From positions 30,506,001-30,570,000 of the forward strand of contig NC_087436.1 of the NCBI RefSeq assembly GCF_036321535.1: DNA of 64,000 nucleotides. The letters are read 5' to 3'. Shown piece by piece: positions 39,861 through 54,542 of this stretch. The position numbers and the translations under genes were made by a program. The notes under the pieces were generated by a model. That model saw only the letters and a list, made by a program, of their open reading frames with translations. It had not been told where the DNA came from and searched no databases. This DNA comes from Camelus dromedarius. Taxonomy: Eukaryota. How positions within the stretch are numbered: the first letter of the stretch is position 1; the number at the start of each line of letters is the position of its first letter.

Positions 39861-41624
39861 TGAGTAAAGAAGACAAAGGACAGAAAGATGAATCAGGGTA
39901 ACTGATGTAGAAATGTCAAGGCAGTGAATGTACCAAGAAAATAAGAAAGTGAGGCACGGTTACTTAGCCTTGACCGTCTCTTGGAGGACACTGCCGGGTT
40001 TCTCTTTTAGAAAGAACCATGAAACTCATTGTGTTTATATTTTATTATATGGCCAGTTTCTATAGTTACTCCATACATTTTTCTCCTTGCTTGATTTGGA
40101 GGCTGCAAGTAGAAGTTAATTCATTTTTAACCTTAATCTATATAATACTTAAGCCTCCTGTCTCCAACAGATACCTGTTTTCCACTGAAAATATGTTAGA
40201 TTATTCTATGCTAGCAAAACGTCTTTATCTTTCAGAACTCACAACCTACTCTAAGGAGCAGATGGCTCATCAGGCTGCTTTCTGAAGTCTCCAGTCAAGA
40301 ATAACATGTATGATAAACTCCCACCCCTCTCCTGAAAAGTTACTGAATCATTTGTGTGGAGGAATGAGTGAGTCTCACAAGTACTTTACTAAAGTAGGAG
40401 AGTTATAAACAAAAGTACCACCTTATGAAGAAAACAGAAGGGCTTATTTTATACTTTTCAAAAATTTGTTCTTTTAGATATAACAACATTGGTTTATTAT
40501 AATTTTTATTAAAAGTACTTTCACCACTTCTATGAAATTCCAAAGACTTTGGACACTTTACCTCCATTTGCCTGCACCTTAGCGGTATATGTGCTTTGTT
40601 CTCTAAAATGTAGTTTTAGACAGGTAGTTAAGTACTGGGACCACTGCTATCCTTTCAAGTTCTGTGATGACTATCAGAGTCCCTGCTTCGATGCACTACA
40701 CTTCAAATTCAAAAGTCCAGGTCATGTCCCTAAGTACCACTAATTCTCTACTGTCATCTGGGTGGCAGTTACATTGGGTTCATTTTGCAAAAATTGTATT
40801 AAATCTTTAAACTTAAGATTTTTGCACGTTTCTGCACATATGTTAGCCTTCAGCAAATGTCTGCTTAAAAACAAGTTCTTCGGCACACAGTAAACTAGTG
40901 ATAGCCTATTATAAATGGCAGAGTGTGTCAATGAGGCAGATCATATTCCAATTTGATGAGAAACCAATTATTGAAAAAGAAAAATTTGCATAGTTGGAAA
41001 AGGATGCCAAAATACAGTTAGTGGATTCCAGCTGCAAATACTAAAACCTGCTTCAGAATTGTATTCTCACAGACAATGCATCTTCAATAGAAAGCAGTCT
41101 AGTCCCATCCCATCCTAATAAACACCATATATGTTTTGTTGTTACATTGCCCTCCATTCCAACTCTTTACTGCAATTTGTGTACTTGAAAGAGCATATTG
41201 TATTTATTTTTACCATATGGCCAATATTTGCCACAATTTTTCACACTATTAAATGTCATTAAATTAATATAATATATAGTAACGTTGGTTAAATTTAAGC
41301 TTCATGGAAAGTCTTCTTTCTCCATAGTAGCAAGCCTATTAAACACTTTTTATATTTAACTTAATATGTTATCACAGTTTTAAAACATAAGCAAAATAAT
41401 ACTTTCTAGCATAAGAGACATATTTAATTCATTCATTATTATAAAATAAATCTTAAAATATTACAATTTTTATATACATGTTACATGTCAAACATGTATG
41501 GATAAAATACTCTAAAGAAATGTATCTTAGTTTGCCTTTCAAGAAGAATATCATATTTGAAGAATCTGTTTATTTGAAGAGTGAAATATTTTTTAAATGG
41601 CATATCATATTCAATTCTCAGCTC

Positions 41625-42117
41625 AAATCTTCCCATTACACCCAGAAAATTTAAGGCCTTTACTATGACCTCTGAGATCTTAATCTGGCCTTCTGCTAGT
41701 TTTCTACTTTATTTCTTCTCTCTTCTTCTATACTCTGGCCACATAAGCATCCTTTATACCAGTCCATGAGAAGCTCGCTTTTGTCTCAGGTTTTTTGCCT
41801 TTATTTTTCTTTTACAGAAAATTCTATTCCCTTAGACATTCAGGTATCTTATTAGCTCACATCCTTCAGGTCTCAACCCCATTGATTCTTTAGCAGCAAG
41901 GCTTGTCCTGAAAACCCTGTATCAAATACCAATCCCCATGTACCCCTGTCTCAATTTTCTTTATAGCGCACATTGTCATCTGACATTATGTATGTATGTT
42001 TGTTTGTCAGTCTCCCATTTCTATTCTGCCAAGATAGCAGGGACATCATTTTGTTTGCTATTTTACCACAGTGCCTAGAAAGTGGAAGTCATTAATTATT
42101 TTTTGAGTGAATGAATC
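41625..42117 (+). mobile_element. L2a 3' end
   Basis: CATCCTTCAGGTCTCA...GATAGCAGGGAC...CAGTGCCTAGAA...TTGAGTGAATGAAT, the L2 terminus. Confidence 0.75.
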
Positions 42118-42899
42118 ATTTGGTATAATTAAGACAACTACAGGTTTACAAAGGTTCTCCTCCAGTATCATATCCATGTAGGCTGCTATTCCTGGAATAA
42201 TACAGATTTATACTTTACACCAGGTTCAAGAAACAATAGGAAGACTCCAAGGAACATTAGGTTTGCAAAGTAAGCCTTTCTAGAACATTCTTAGGTAAAG
42301 CTAAAGCCATTAATGTATTTTACTGCCTACTGCCATCTAATTAACAAGCTAGCCAAATTTATGATAAGCCTTACCTTGAGTGATCTCCAGCAACTGTTCA
42401 GTTGATTTCTCTCTCAAACACAATCAATATTTGCCTCTCTCACAGTAAATTTAGTTTATACAAACTGAATCTACAAACTCTGTGTCTCTTGTATCCTCCT
42501 GAATTACCATCTTCCCAGGCTTTCATTCCAGATAGAGTCTGCCAATTCATGCTAATTAAATATCCCAATGAAATAATACAAATCCTGAGAGCTTTGCCTT
42601 CATAATATCCTTGAGACCTACTGATCTGTCACCCTTTTCCTCTAGCATTTAGGAGCTAAATAATTGTTTCTTTAAAATTACTCTTTGACATTTTGTATAC
42701 TAAGCTCACTAAAATCATCCATTATTTAAATACATCAGTTTTATATTCGCCCTGCCCATAACATCCCTCTTTCCTATAGCCATCCAGAGAAATTAACAAA
42801 TTCTAACTTATTGTGGTCTGCTTGGGCAACCTCTAATTTGTGTCACTTATCTTAGAATCCTAACCCGAGAGGTTTTTTGGAATGCCCTTCATAATGTAT

Positions 42900-43430
42900 T
42901 TCATACTAGATTCATTTCCTATAATGCAGGAGTCCTGATAAACAGAGTCAAACAATGCCAAGTTATGGAGGATAAAACTGTTTGGCTCTTTCCATACCCT
43001 TCCAAACCCTTCAAGCATATCTGCTCATAATCTAAATGCTAGACAGCTACAGACTAAAGTTTCCAAATTTACTTGGAGCTGGTATGTAGATATGTTAATT
43101 AATTTCAACAAAGTAGGGCAGTGTGAAGAATGTGAAGAGGCATCGGCTCCCAGAGAGAAGATCCTGTCAGAGGCTTTTCATACTGCTGGGGCAGAGTCCT
43201 GGTGACTGGTCTCCAGCATGTGGCCTCTTTAACACCTTTAGCAATGGTTTCTGTGTGCAGTTTAGTGTTTCTCCTGGCTCAATTGGTTGCTGATTGGTTA
43301 GCATAGAAACCTGATCCCTAACCTCCTAGAGAAATTTTTAAGATGAGTACCATCCTATAAAATCCAGTCATGCTTAAACCAGCTACAGGGAATTCTGTGA
43401 TCTGCAATTAGCAACACTGAAAGAAACAGA
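42900..43430 (+). mobile_element. ERVL LTR (LTR33/MLT2-like) remnant
   Basis: 3' end TGCTTAAACCAGCTACAGGGAATTCTGTGATCTGCAATTAGCAACACTGA; 5' boundary uncertain. Confidence 0.45.
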
Positions 43431-44494
43431 AGTACTTTTTTCTACCTTTGATCATCCTCTCTCAAATCTGTCCTTATCTCAGTTATATACGCATAGAAGT
43501 TAAAAAGTGGGTTTTGATACTAACTTCCTACAAAAAGATTTATGAGGGTAAACAAGCATAGCCTAATTTAAGTAATTTCTAATCTTCTTCCATTATCTGG
43601 AACTACTTCTCTTTATTAACCTAAAACCCTTTTCCTAAACCTTAGATATCTATGGATATAAATTATCTTGTAATTTCTTTGCTTATTGTCCAAGTTCTTT
43701 GTTCTCTTTCTGGCCATCCTAATTTCCAACCATCCAGTCATGGTACAGATTTTCTTTGCTCTGAATTTTGTACTTCTTATAATTTAACTTACCCTTTCAA
43801 CAAACATAAATGTACTTCTTAAACAATTGTTTACATGGTACTGTGTAAACTACTTATAATAGCAATCCATATTTAATTCCATCTAGAACTTCTTTCCTTC
43901 ACAAATCTGCTGAACATTTTAGTATGACTTTTAATTCTACTCTAAGATCTCGTATCAAATTTAGCTTATGAGAGTAAGCTAAATCCTGTATCTGACACAA
44001 ATTATCTTCTTCACCACTGTATCCTCAATGTGAGGAACATAGTAAGAGCTCAATAAACATTTATCAACTAATAAGTTAAATTGCTTTTCTCTCAACTAGA
44101 TTGCTGTTTAGCTTTAAAAAGAACAAATTTCATCTACTTTCCTTTCTATATATGGTCACCCCATCAGTGGGTTCTTTTTCAGATTAATCCCACAAGATAT
44201 TCTCATTAAATTGCACTAAGTGATAGTTCTTGACTTTTAACTTATATCTGTTAATGAAAAAAATTGGATAACAACAACTGTAGTTGAGCTTAGCCTTTTA
44301 TAAGAGCTATGGAGATATCAGGCAGGACAGAAGAAAACAAAAACGTCAGGGCATAACATTTCCATGGGATACCACCTACATTAGCAAACAGCACCATATA
44401 CACTATATAATTTTTAAAAAGGTGATTTGGATTTGTAATGTTAACAAACATAAATTGGTGATGTTAAAATTCACTTCTTTAAGCAGAAATAATA

Positions 44495-45100
44495 TTAATT
44501 AAGTACCAACTATTTACAGGTATAACTATGGGCATTCAGTTCACGATTAACAACAACACAGGATTCTATAGTCACAAAGCTCAGTATAATTAGAGACAGC
44601 CTTTATCAAACATCACAGAGAGAAAATAAGTGCCACACACACACACACAAAAAGATGCTATGAGAACATATAATAGAGAAATACAGATTAGTTTGAAAAT
44701 TCAGGAAAGGCTATTTCTGAGAAAGTAAAACAACAGGTTACCAGATTCGAGGAGGGAGAGTGAAATGTTTCAGGAAATTGTACAAAGTTCCACTGGAGGT
44801 TGAGACCTACAGTTCTGGAAGAAGTGAAATAGCAGAACAGCAGTTTAAAGCAAAGGAAAACAGTGAAACATAAGTATAGATAGGTTAACAGGTCATGCAA
44901 GACCTTGTAGGATACAGAGGGAATTTTAGTTTATCTTAAGAATAATAGAAAGTTACTGAGGCAGAAACTTTAAGCATGGGTAGAACACAATTAGAAATAT
45001 ATGAGGAGGACACTCTGGTTTGTACTTCTGGAAGGTAGATTAAAGGGTTAAGAGTTAATGCTTAAAAAACAAAGTGTTTGTAGCAGTGTAAAATGTAATC
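44495..45100 (-). mobile_element. L2 fragment
   Basis: CAGGAAAGGCTATTTCTGAGAAAGTAA...CAGGTCATGCAAGACCTTGTAGG...TTTATCTTAAGAATAATAGAAAGTTACTG. Confidence 0.6.
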
Positions 45101-46559
45101 GTTTCTGAGATATATTTATACAACCCTGATTTCCAAGCAATGCTCATGCCACTAAACTAAGAAACATTTTGGTTGAATTACAGTTAATTTATGAAATAAT
45201 CTTATTACTTCCATTTGTTTTATTGCAACTATATACTATGAGTAAAAAGCTCTGATTTAAGAACTAATTCTCATATTCCTTTTGGTTAATTAATGAAGCA
45301 TTTATATTATCTTTGCATTTCAGATGCTTACTTTATTACTCACATATTCCTGTGTTAATATGTCATTTTAACATTTGAAATAAATTTTGAAACTTAAATC
45401 AAATTACAGTTTATGCAGTTAAAGGTATAGATTTTAGAGTAAAATATTATCATATAGATGTGTTCTCATTAAAATTCTAAGTACAAACAGCTCAAATAAA
45501 TAAAATCAGTAGGCACAGAGATACAATTTTAAAAATGTTTTCATCTTATATTTCATTTAGTAGCTTTCTTAGTGAGTGAGGATTTGAAATATATTGTAGT
45601 AAGTGAACTTCACAGCTACTAGTTTGATTAGACACAGAAAGTCACCTTAGAACAGATTTCCTTCAATTATGCTAAGTGGGTCCATTTGAATTTTGGAATC
45701 CCACTCGATAACAAACAATGTATTTATTTTTATGTAAGAGAACTGATGAGGCTTTGAATTCAACATATGCTGTATTTCAGGGACATGCATGGTAAAACTG
45801 TGAATCACATTTTCAAGGACTTAACTCCCATAGCTAAAAGGAAAAAGAAGTTTTCCTAGTTTCCTGACCCTGAGTTTTCTTGAGCGTGACACCTGAAGCC
45901 ATCCTTTTTCTTTCTTTGAGCTTCCCCAGTATTGTTAGAATCAGCCAGGCGACATGTCTTGCATTCCTCACATCCTTAGTGAGTCAAAGCCTTACTTTCA
46001 ACACTGGTACGAATAATCATACGGGTCACTGTTTTCAGTTTCAGAGACTACTCTTTATTTATAAAATAATTTTATATGGGATAGTATATAAACTGTAGTC
46101 TCCCAGATGACGATAAAACCTGGCCAAAAGTGCTAGAAAAAATTCCCAGCACTCTTGGACCACTCTAGTAAAAACAGCACTGGCACTGCACTCAGCCATT
46201 GCTATCCAACACTCCGTCCACATATGGATGGGAAAGAGAATTATTTAACTTCAAGTCAATTATTTTCTATTATTGCACTATAAAACAGTTTCTTTTCAGA
46301 AATAGCTCACTTTATCATGCTCCCTTAGGACAATTCCAGACCTCAGATTTCTGTATAAATATACTACTTCTCCACTGTCTTATCAGTTCCAGTGGCTTTT
46401 GATGCTGTCAGTTTTTTTCTGTGTAGATTGTATCATTAGCAAATGATGACATTTTAATCCAACCCCTTTCAATCCTTATACCCTAATTCCTTTCTTTTCT
46501 TTTTTTTACTCTCTCTCCATATTTCTGTCTTCTCTTTCTCCCTTACACCCTCTCTTCTT

Positions 46560-47620
46560 TCTATTATCCTTATACCATAAGACATTCAATACTAAGTTAA
46601 AGAGTGACTATGCTAATGAGAATTTCTGTCTTCCTCTTGTTCTTAAATAGAATATGTCCATATAGGTATTGGTACATAACACAACTCTTGCCATATTAGA
46701 AGTTTCCTTCTTTATATTGTTGTTTTTTCAAAGTATTGATCTGTATCAAAATCTTTATTTACATCTGTGATATACACTCTTTCTTTTTAATTCATTAATG
46801 TGGTAAATTATAACGCCAATAGTTTTTATGTTGAATCAGCAAAAGATTTGGGGTGATAACTTTTATATGACTATGAGGCATTAACTTTAGTACACTGTTG
46901 GATTCACTTAAGTCACTCAAGTATTGTTTTATCTAGGGGTTTCTCATTTGTATTCCTAAGAGAATCAGATCTGTAATTTTTCTTCTGTATTGTCTCTATC
47001 TTGTTCAAGATTATACTAACTTCATAGAGTGAATACCTACTGTTAGTTATTTCTCCCTTTATCAGGAAAAATGTGCAAACATCCTCTTACTTTCAAAGTT
47101 TCTAGAATTTGCTCTTTGTCTTTGACAAATAAATTTTAATACAGACAAACTTAAATTTTATTATAACATGCTGACTCTAAATAGATTTCCTTTCACTAGG
47201 GAGCTTGGCATTCTAAGTTGTTTCACTATATGTTAAACTTTATTAATTTTGCAAGTTTACTATCATTATTTCTTCAAACATTTGTTTTCACTTTGGTAGT
47301 CTATGTTTAAGTGCTGGCAATTCTACTTCTCTCTCTCCCTGGTTTCTTAGTATTTATTTCAGTGTCTTTTCCTGTTGCCTTTAAAATGTTTTAAATATTG
47401 TTTTTCTGTTCATTTACTCATTCTTTAACTATCTCTAATCAGAATTAAACTCGTCAACCATAGTAAAATTTCTCTGTAACCATTCGTTTTTTTGATTACT
47501 GATATTCTTATATAACAAACTTTCATAAATTTATTAAAATTAAATTCTTATTCTGTCTGTTCCAAAAATTCAGCATCATGTTACACATGCTGTTTTTCTT
47601 TACAGTGGGTTTACTTCTCA
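46560..47620 (-). mobile_element. Very old L1M remnant
   Basis: T-rich, with motifs such as TTCATTAATGTGGTAAATTA and ACACTGTTGGATTCA; boundaries approximate. Confidence 0.45.
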
Positions 47621-47879
47621 GATATTATTATTTTGCCTTGTGAGTTTCTGTTCCCCTGGTGGTAATCACCTAACCTTTTTGGTGACTGTATTATAGGAGG
47701 TAGGTCCTAGTTGTGTCCTTCCTAGTGAACTAAAAGACAGAGGGATAAGCCCCAGGTTCAAGAATCTCAGGAAACTTGAAAACCTTTTGATAAATGTCAT
47801 GCCTTAACCATTCTACCTAACTACTCTTTTGTCTTCAATTCCTCCTTATACCCTGAATTACAGGGTCTAGGTTAGGTTT

Positions 47880-48292
47880 CTGTATCAAGGAGACTCAAGG
47901 TTATGATAACTTCTACATGAAAGAATTGTTCCTTTTCCACTTATTTGTCAAATGGGAGTTGTCTAGTGAAGATATTTCTTCACCACAAAGTCATTGAAAG
48001 ACTACGGATAAAAGGCAATCCTGCGTCCAAGTCAGTTGCTACATATGTTGTAATTTTTATGCCAGCAAGAAAAGAGGACATGGGGAGAACCAGAAGTTTT
48101 CCTTTATGAAAACAGAAACTTCCATTTATATTCTATTGACCAGAATTCCATCACATGGCCACATCTAGTTGCAAAGGAAGCTAGGAACACAGTATCTACT
48201 GAAGCAGACTTGTGCCCTGCTACAATTCAGGTGGCTCTATTATTACAGGGAAGAGAGCCTAATAGATCCTAGGAGATAATTAGCAATTTCTG
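47880..48292 (-). mobile_element. MLT1J/K-like MaLR LTR
   Basis: ATTGACCAGAATTCCATCACATGGCCACATCTAGTTGCAAAGGAAGCTAGGAA. Confidence 0.6.
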
Positions 48293-50272
48293 ATTTAAGA
48301 AAAAATTACTCTTAGAAAAAGAACTCAAGAAAAAAAAACTTTGTACCTAAGAGGCATAACACCAATCTTTGGGTTTAGAGGAGGTGGGCATGGAGCAATG
48401 AACTTCTCATCTTTTCCTGCGCTTGTTCCATTAGCAATTCAGGCCAGCAGGGCGTGCTCTTAGGACATGGCCAGATAGTTCTGTGGCGATGGCAAGTACT
48501 GCCATTTCCAAGATAATGTGATTCTAAGATCAGCATTGTAAAACTCTCTCCATTCTAGCCTCCTACTGCAATTCACTTTTCTCCCAGGATGTTGTTAACC
48601 CACAAGCTACTAAGCCATCTGCCTGGCACCCCACACCCATAAACACTTAAACATGTCCTAGTTCACAGTAGCCTTTGATCTCCCAGCTGTCTTGCTCTTA
48701 AGTATTAATCATTCAAACCTATGCTTCTCTATTGCTCTGTAATTTTTCTGAAGTAGATTATATGGGAGAAACCCAAAAGAATATCCGTTATCTTATGTTA
48801 CTATTACCAATATCTTATAAAATAGTTACCATTTTATAAGTTATCAGAAGCCCACTGATTGATTTGCTTAATATTCAAGTTTTGAAAAATTAAGAATATC
48901 TGAATACAGGCTCCAAAGAACTTCAAAATAATTTGTAGAAAGTTGAACGTTTTGTTCATAACCTTTCAATAACTTCTGAAAGCTTACTGTATCTTCTAAC
49001 CAAATGGATTATTTTGACATTTCACTGATGTAATCATAAATAGAAATTACTCTATTAGATGAGTGGCGAGTCATGATTATTACTAAAATAGGTAAAATTA
49101 AAAGAATAATTGAGTACAATTTTAGTTTTAATTAAATGAATAAAAATTGGGTTTAGTCAGATTTTGGAAAAAAAAATTCTAGCGTTTTATATTGAAATTC
49201 AAGGTCTAAGGATATTATGGTTAAGTTCAGTATTTTATAGCAAAATAACGGTAAGGCCAAATGAAAGATTATTGCTCAAAGGATAACATAGTCACAATGT
49301 TAATTAATAGAATGATTCTTAGACTTTGAAAATTATGTTCATTATAAACAGGCAAATTAGAAAATTATTGTTCTGCCTTATCATACTGTAGTTTTTCATC
49401 TCCATCTTTTTGGAGTTTTTGCAAACTTAGAAGAACAAACTATCTTTACTGAAGCATCATAGTTTTGCCTTTTAATATATTAAGTAATTCCTAAATAATC
49501 TAGTCTCAGTTTTAAGTGTTAAATCTCTGGTGGGTGATGGAAGCCTGTAGCTCTAGTCAGAAATGGAACTTTGAAACTAGAAATCGAATGTGCTTGCTCT
49601 ATTTTGTGTGTGTGTGTTTAACTCATCCACTTCCAGGATAATAATTAATGCTACTCTGCATATCTCCCCAGGCCCTCCTGAACTGTCAAATTATCAGGCC
49701 TAGGCAGATCAAGTTGTTCTTACTCTACTGTGCGTTTTACCCTTCTTTTGCCATGTCCTTTTCCTGTAGATCCTAGGCTGAACTGGTGCTGAAAATATAT
49801 AGATTATTTGTAGGTACACCTACTCCATACTGATTGATGTAAATCACTACAAGTTCCTCGTCTGATTGTTTTGGCTTTAGGGACAGACACACATAGTTGC
49901 CTACTGATATTTGCTCTTCCCCTAAATAATAATAGAACTAGGTGTAGCTAGAGACTACATGGAAAAACACATTTATTGAGTATCTATCCTTTTCAAGGAG
50001 CTATTAAAAAGTAAGTGACTAATATAAGTTCCCTGGTTTTAAGAAATTAAGAATTTGGCACAAAATTCGCTAAAAATTCTTATAAAGATAATGATTAAGT
50101 GATAAATACAAGATCAAATATAATAACTTGAAATTAATTCTGATTAGGAGATCAGAGAAAGCTCCACAGATAATGTGACTTTTGATTTCAGTTTTAAATA
50201 TGTGGAGGATTTCAATTGTAGATGAAAGAAAGATAAGATGATTCCAGGTAAAAGGAATATAATGAAAGATAG

Positions 50273-53200
50273 TGTCAAATAAAAAATAAATTCAGACTTA
50301 CATAAGGAGAGACAACTCAAAAAGGCTACTACAATAGAGGAAATGCTCCAACCATAAGATATGTGTAAGCCTCTTATGTCAGAAAGAAAGGATTCTTTAA
50401 TAGTGAGTAAACAAACCTAAAAAGAAACAGGTGTGGGAAATTAGATGAGCAGGTTGTCAAGATAGGACAGTTGAAAGGAATGTTTCTCTCTGCAGTCATG
50501 ATGCTCTAGAGGGGCGATTCTGGATATGGGCAGTCAGGTTTTGTCTGTGATGACAGATGTAGGAAGGAGAGAGAAAAATTAGGAATACTTGTTTGGAGAA
50601 TAGTAGCCAGATATTGAAGCGCAATGGAAGAAGTAAAAATTTGATGCGGGTTGCCAATTCGTGCATGGTGACAGGATCCAATCTAATTTATAATTAGGTC
50701 ACAAAACTTGTTTTTCCCAGGAAAGAGTCATTTGAATTTCTATAAGAAAAAGTTTGCATACCCATCAGTTACCTGCAATTTGCAAACAGTAGCAAAATTA
50801 GCCCAAGACAATGAATAGGACCAGAATATAACCCAGGAAGACATGCTGTAGTTTTCTACTGAAATCTGTCTAGACAGCCTTCTTCACCTTGATCAAAGAT
50901 AATCTCAAGGGAAGATTACTCTTGATCACAAAATAAGGACAGTCTCATTAAATTTGGTATGGCCATTTAAATATGTCCAGCAAGAATGGTAATTTCCTAT
51001 ACCAGCATACCTCAGAGATACTGTCAGTTCTATTCCAGACCAGCACAGTAAAGTGAATGTTCAAAAAGGTGAGACACGTGAGTTTTTTTTTGGGGGGGGG
51101 GGGTTTCCCAGTGCATATGAAAGTTATAAAGTCCATTAAGTAAAGTGTAATAGACTTTTATCTAACAATGTACATACTTTAATTTAAAAACACCTTATTG
51201 CTAAAAATGCTAACCATCATCTGGGTCTTCAGTAAGTCATATCTTTTTGCAATAGTCCTATCTTTTTGCAACAAATATCACTGATCACAGATCACCATAA
51301 CAAATATAATAACAATGATAAAGTTTGAAATATTGCAAAAATTACCAAAATGTGACAAAGTGAGCACATGGTGTTGGAAAAACGGCACATATAAACTTCC
51401 TCCACATAGTGTTGCCACAAACCTTCAATTTGTAAAAAATGCAACATTTGTGAAGCATAATAAAATGAGGCATACTTATAGGAACCTTTCCAAGTTTGCT
51501 TTGCCAGAAGTTTTTACAAGAAATATCAGACTGAACTTTTAAAAGGCTTAGCTTCCTAACCTCAAGAGCCAAGAATATGCAATCAATTTTCACTTGCAAT
51601 ACTTATAAACTTGGGTGAATTCTTCCTTTCCCTAGGTCACACCAAGATATCCTAAGATTCCTAGGTTTTCCAGGAAATTATCTTCTTTATTTACCCTGTA
51701 AGACTGAAAACCCTGAAGGTCAGAGAGCAGGCCAGTTTTTCCAAAAGGGCTTTGTAATCATTGGCTCCATTTTAAAAAAATAATAACAACATTATTTCCT
51801 TAAAGCTGTCTGGTTGTATCTGATTAAATGAGTATCATTCTCAAATGACATTACAGCCAAAGGAACTTTTAGTGAATAATAATAATTGTGGCTTTCATAA
51901 ATATCTGATAAAAAAATCATAATTAAATACAACCAAATGAAGAAGTTAATGTAAAATTTTAAAAGTGAAAAAAAAAAGGTTGAAATCACTGTTCGTATGG
52001 ATACACATACTCTGCAAACGTTCTACAACTTTCTATATCTAACATGCAAGAGGCAGTCATTTTACTTTAGGACAAAACTACTTTTTTCCTTAACAAGAAC
52101 ACATTCCCTGTACCTTGCATACTAAAGCTGTCCTTTTCTGCCATTATTTCTCCCAGTAGATTCATAATTACATATATTGATTATAACTTTTAACTTCAGT
52201 AACTTGTATTTCACAGAGAAAATTACCAAGTGGATAATTATGAACTGTCATACACAATATTTTGTAGCAGACAAGAAGAGTTTACAAACATACATCTCAA
52301 CTTTGTACAACCATTATTTACATATAAGTACAACTTCCCAATTTGGCAAAAATGAACATGTTCATTAACAGACTTGGAATATATATCTCCTATATGTACA
52401 GTAGAAATAAGAAGCAAAAAATACATAGCAGATACATTTGGGTTTATTTCTATAAAAATAATTTTGAAAGTATTAGAAGTTCAATTTTCTTACTATCTGG
52501 GAATTATAGGAAGATCTCTTCTGTATAAGTGTTTATCGCTATGTCAGTAAGAGTAGCCCTCCTTCCAGAGAAATTTTATATACAATAATTTGGTAATACC
52601 ATCTGAGGGCAAAAAATTCATATATAACATACATAAATGTATGTATACATACATTAATATATGCATGCATATTTATAATCACTCAGATTTAAACAGTGCT
52701 TCACTTTTTATTTTTTGAGTATAGTTTCAAGGTTTTAATTTTAGCCATGAGTCAGGCATGAACACAAAAATAATCATCTCACTGCTTTATATAAATAGGC
52801 TATGGCTCCCCACTTTGTTCCACCTGCACATCTTTACCAAGATTGTGTTTTTAAGCAGATGGGACAAGTTAAGGTGACCTGGTCAACATGAGAGCTAAAG
52901 TGTCCCCTACAATATTGGATGGTATCTTTAAGTTTTCTTTTGTCTTGATGTGTAACTTATGAAGGCTGTGGACTCAATTTTGGGTGAGGGACTAAGGAGA
53001 AAGCAAGTACCTGCCTGGGTATCTCCAAAGCCCATCTAAGTGGATAAAAGATCCAGCCTAACATTTCTAATTAGCTTTTTGTGTCTCAGATGAGTGTTTT
53101 TAGAGTCTCTGAGCATCTCAAAAGCTCCTGACATGGGAGGTGGCATAAAGCTTGAGTACCTATAGGAGCTGATGGGCCCAGAGAAAAAAGTCTGGCAGGG

Positions 53201-54524
53201 TGGGTAGAGGATTGGAGGAAGAGGTAGGGGTGTTGAAGAAAACAAATCAAGGATTCAAGGGAGGTGAAGGGAAAGTCAAAGGTAGTAAAGAGGAGGAAGG
53301 GGGAGCAGGGATTATAGTAAGGGAGAGGACCTAGAGAAGCCAGTATGGGGGCATGCCAAGTTCCCAAAAGGTCTAAATGATCTTTAATAAAATGTTGACA
53401 TCTTTGAATATAGTAAAGTGAGTTAGTGCCTTAATGGTGGTGCATGTAGTGAGAAATGGAGAGAGGGAGCCAATAGACTGAAGGTTACCTGTGGGATTAG
53501 ATAATTAAGTCTGAGATAATTTCTTAAAGGAGTTAAAGAAAAGCTCCATTCAAAACTCCCTTGTGGGATCCCAGGAGCCAAAGCAGCCAACGCCTCATCC
53601 CTGAGTATAATCCTTAATCCAGGAGCTGAGGATTGAAGATCTTAGTTCAATTCCCATTTAAAAAACAAAGAAAAATCAGAAAAGGCCTTGTAGGACCAAA
53701 AAAAAACAGCCTCTTTGCCAGAAAGAATCAAAGAACATAACTCCTTATGCTCTTCTACAGATAGACGTCTAGAACACTGGATTAGAAAAGGTGACTTACC
53801 ACCATGGATCCCCATTATCCTCATAAGGAAAGGGTACAAAGGGTCCAAGAAGCTGGCATTCACACCTGTGAGAAAACAGTAGGGGCCCAAGGGCAGTCAG
53901 CACGCCATCGAAGTCTCGACACCAGAAAACTACCAAACAAAATAAAACAAAGCTGGAGGAAAGAGTTTTTCACAGTCTACTGTAATAGGAGGACCATTAA
54001 ATCTGCAGGAGTCTCCACTGTCTGGAAGAATGGGCTTTTCTTTCACAGGGAGGAGTAAACAAGGCTAGAGAAATCAGGTGATGGGAGTGGGATGAGCAGG
54101 TGGCATGAGTTTTGATCAGGAAAGCTTTTCTCCGTAGTCAGATGATTCTCAGGTGGAGCCACTAAGGATTTTTTCTGTTTCAGTGCTTGCTTAATCTCAG
54201 GGGCCAGGTCAGGTTCAAGGGTCTGTGGGGAGGTGAGAAAGCTAACTAGATTTTAATCAAGTTAAGTTAGAGGGCATTTTGTCCAGATTGGTCAGGGGAC
54301 ACACAATTCAGCTAAAGGCTTATGTAACAAAGAATGAGAATTTGGAGGGTCTGCCTGGCCTTGACATAGGTAAACAAGGACATAATCCTCAGGATGTATC
54401 TAATTCACCTGGGGAAGGGTAGTTCTTGGCAGTAAACCACTTTCTTGAACTCAGAATGGTAGAAGTTTCTTAGCCATCACAGTTTTCAAGGAGCACAGGG
54501 CTTAGGTAAATTTCAACATTGTCA
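50273..54524 (-). mobile_element. Decayed ERV1 (MER67/MER4-group): 5' LTR about 53931-54524, internal region, diverged 3' LTR part from about 50273
   Basis: Minus strand begins TGACAATGTTGAAATTTACCTAAGCCCTGTGCTC (MER67-like); PBS-like TGGTGTCGAGAC just inside at about 53913-53924; both ends share GAGTAAACAA...CAGGTG...GATGAGCAGG (about 50404-50453 and 54054-54100); no intact ORFs. Confidence 0.7.
51002..51478 (-). mobile_element. Internally deleted Tigger1 (Tigger1a_Art-like) nested in the ERV
   Basis: Ends CCAGCATACCTCAGAGATACTG and ATAAAATGAGGCATACTTA resemble Tigger1 TIR regions; TA dinucleotides flank at 51000-51001 and 51479-51480; about 477 bp. Confidence 0.85.
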
Positions 54525-54542
54525 AAAGCATGAGAAATAATG

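Noticed and set aside
40562..40602. 41-nt minus-strand exon candidate
   Set aside because: Weak donor (gtaaag) and weak acceptor; the phase-0 frame has a stop.
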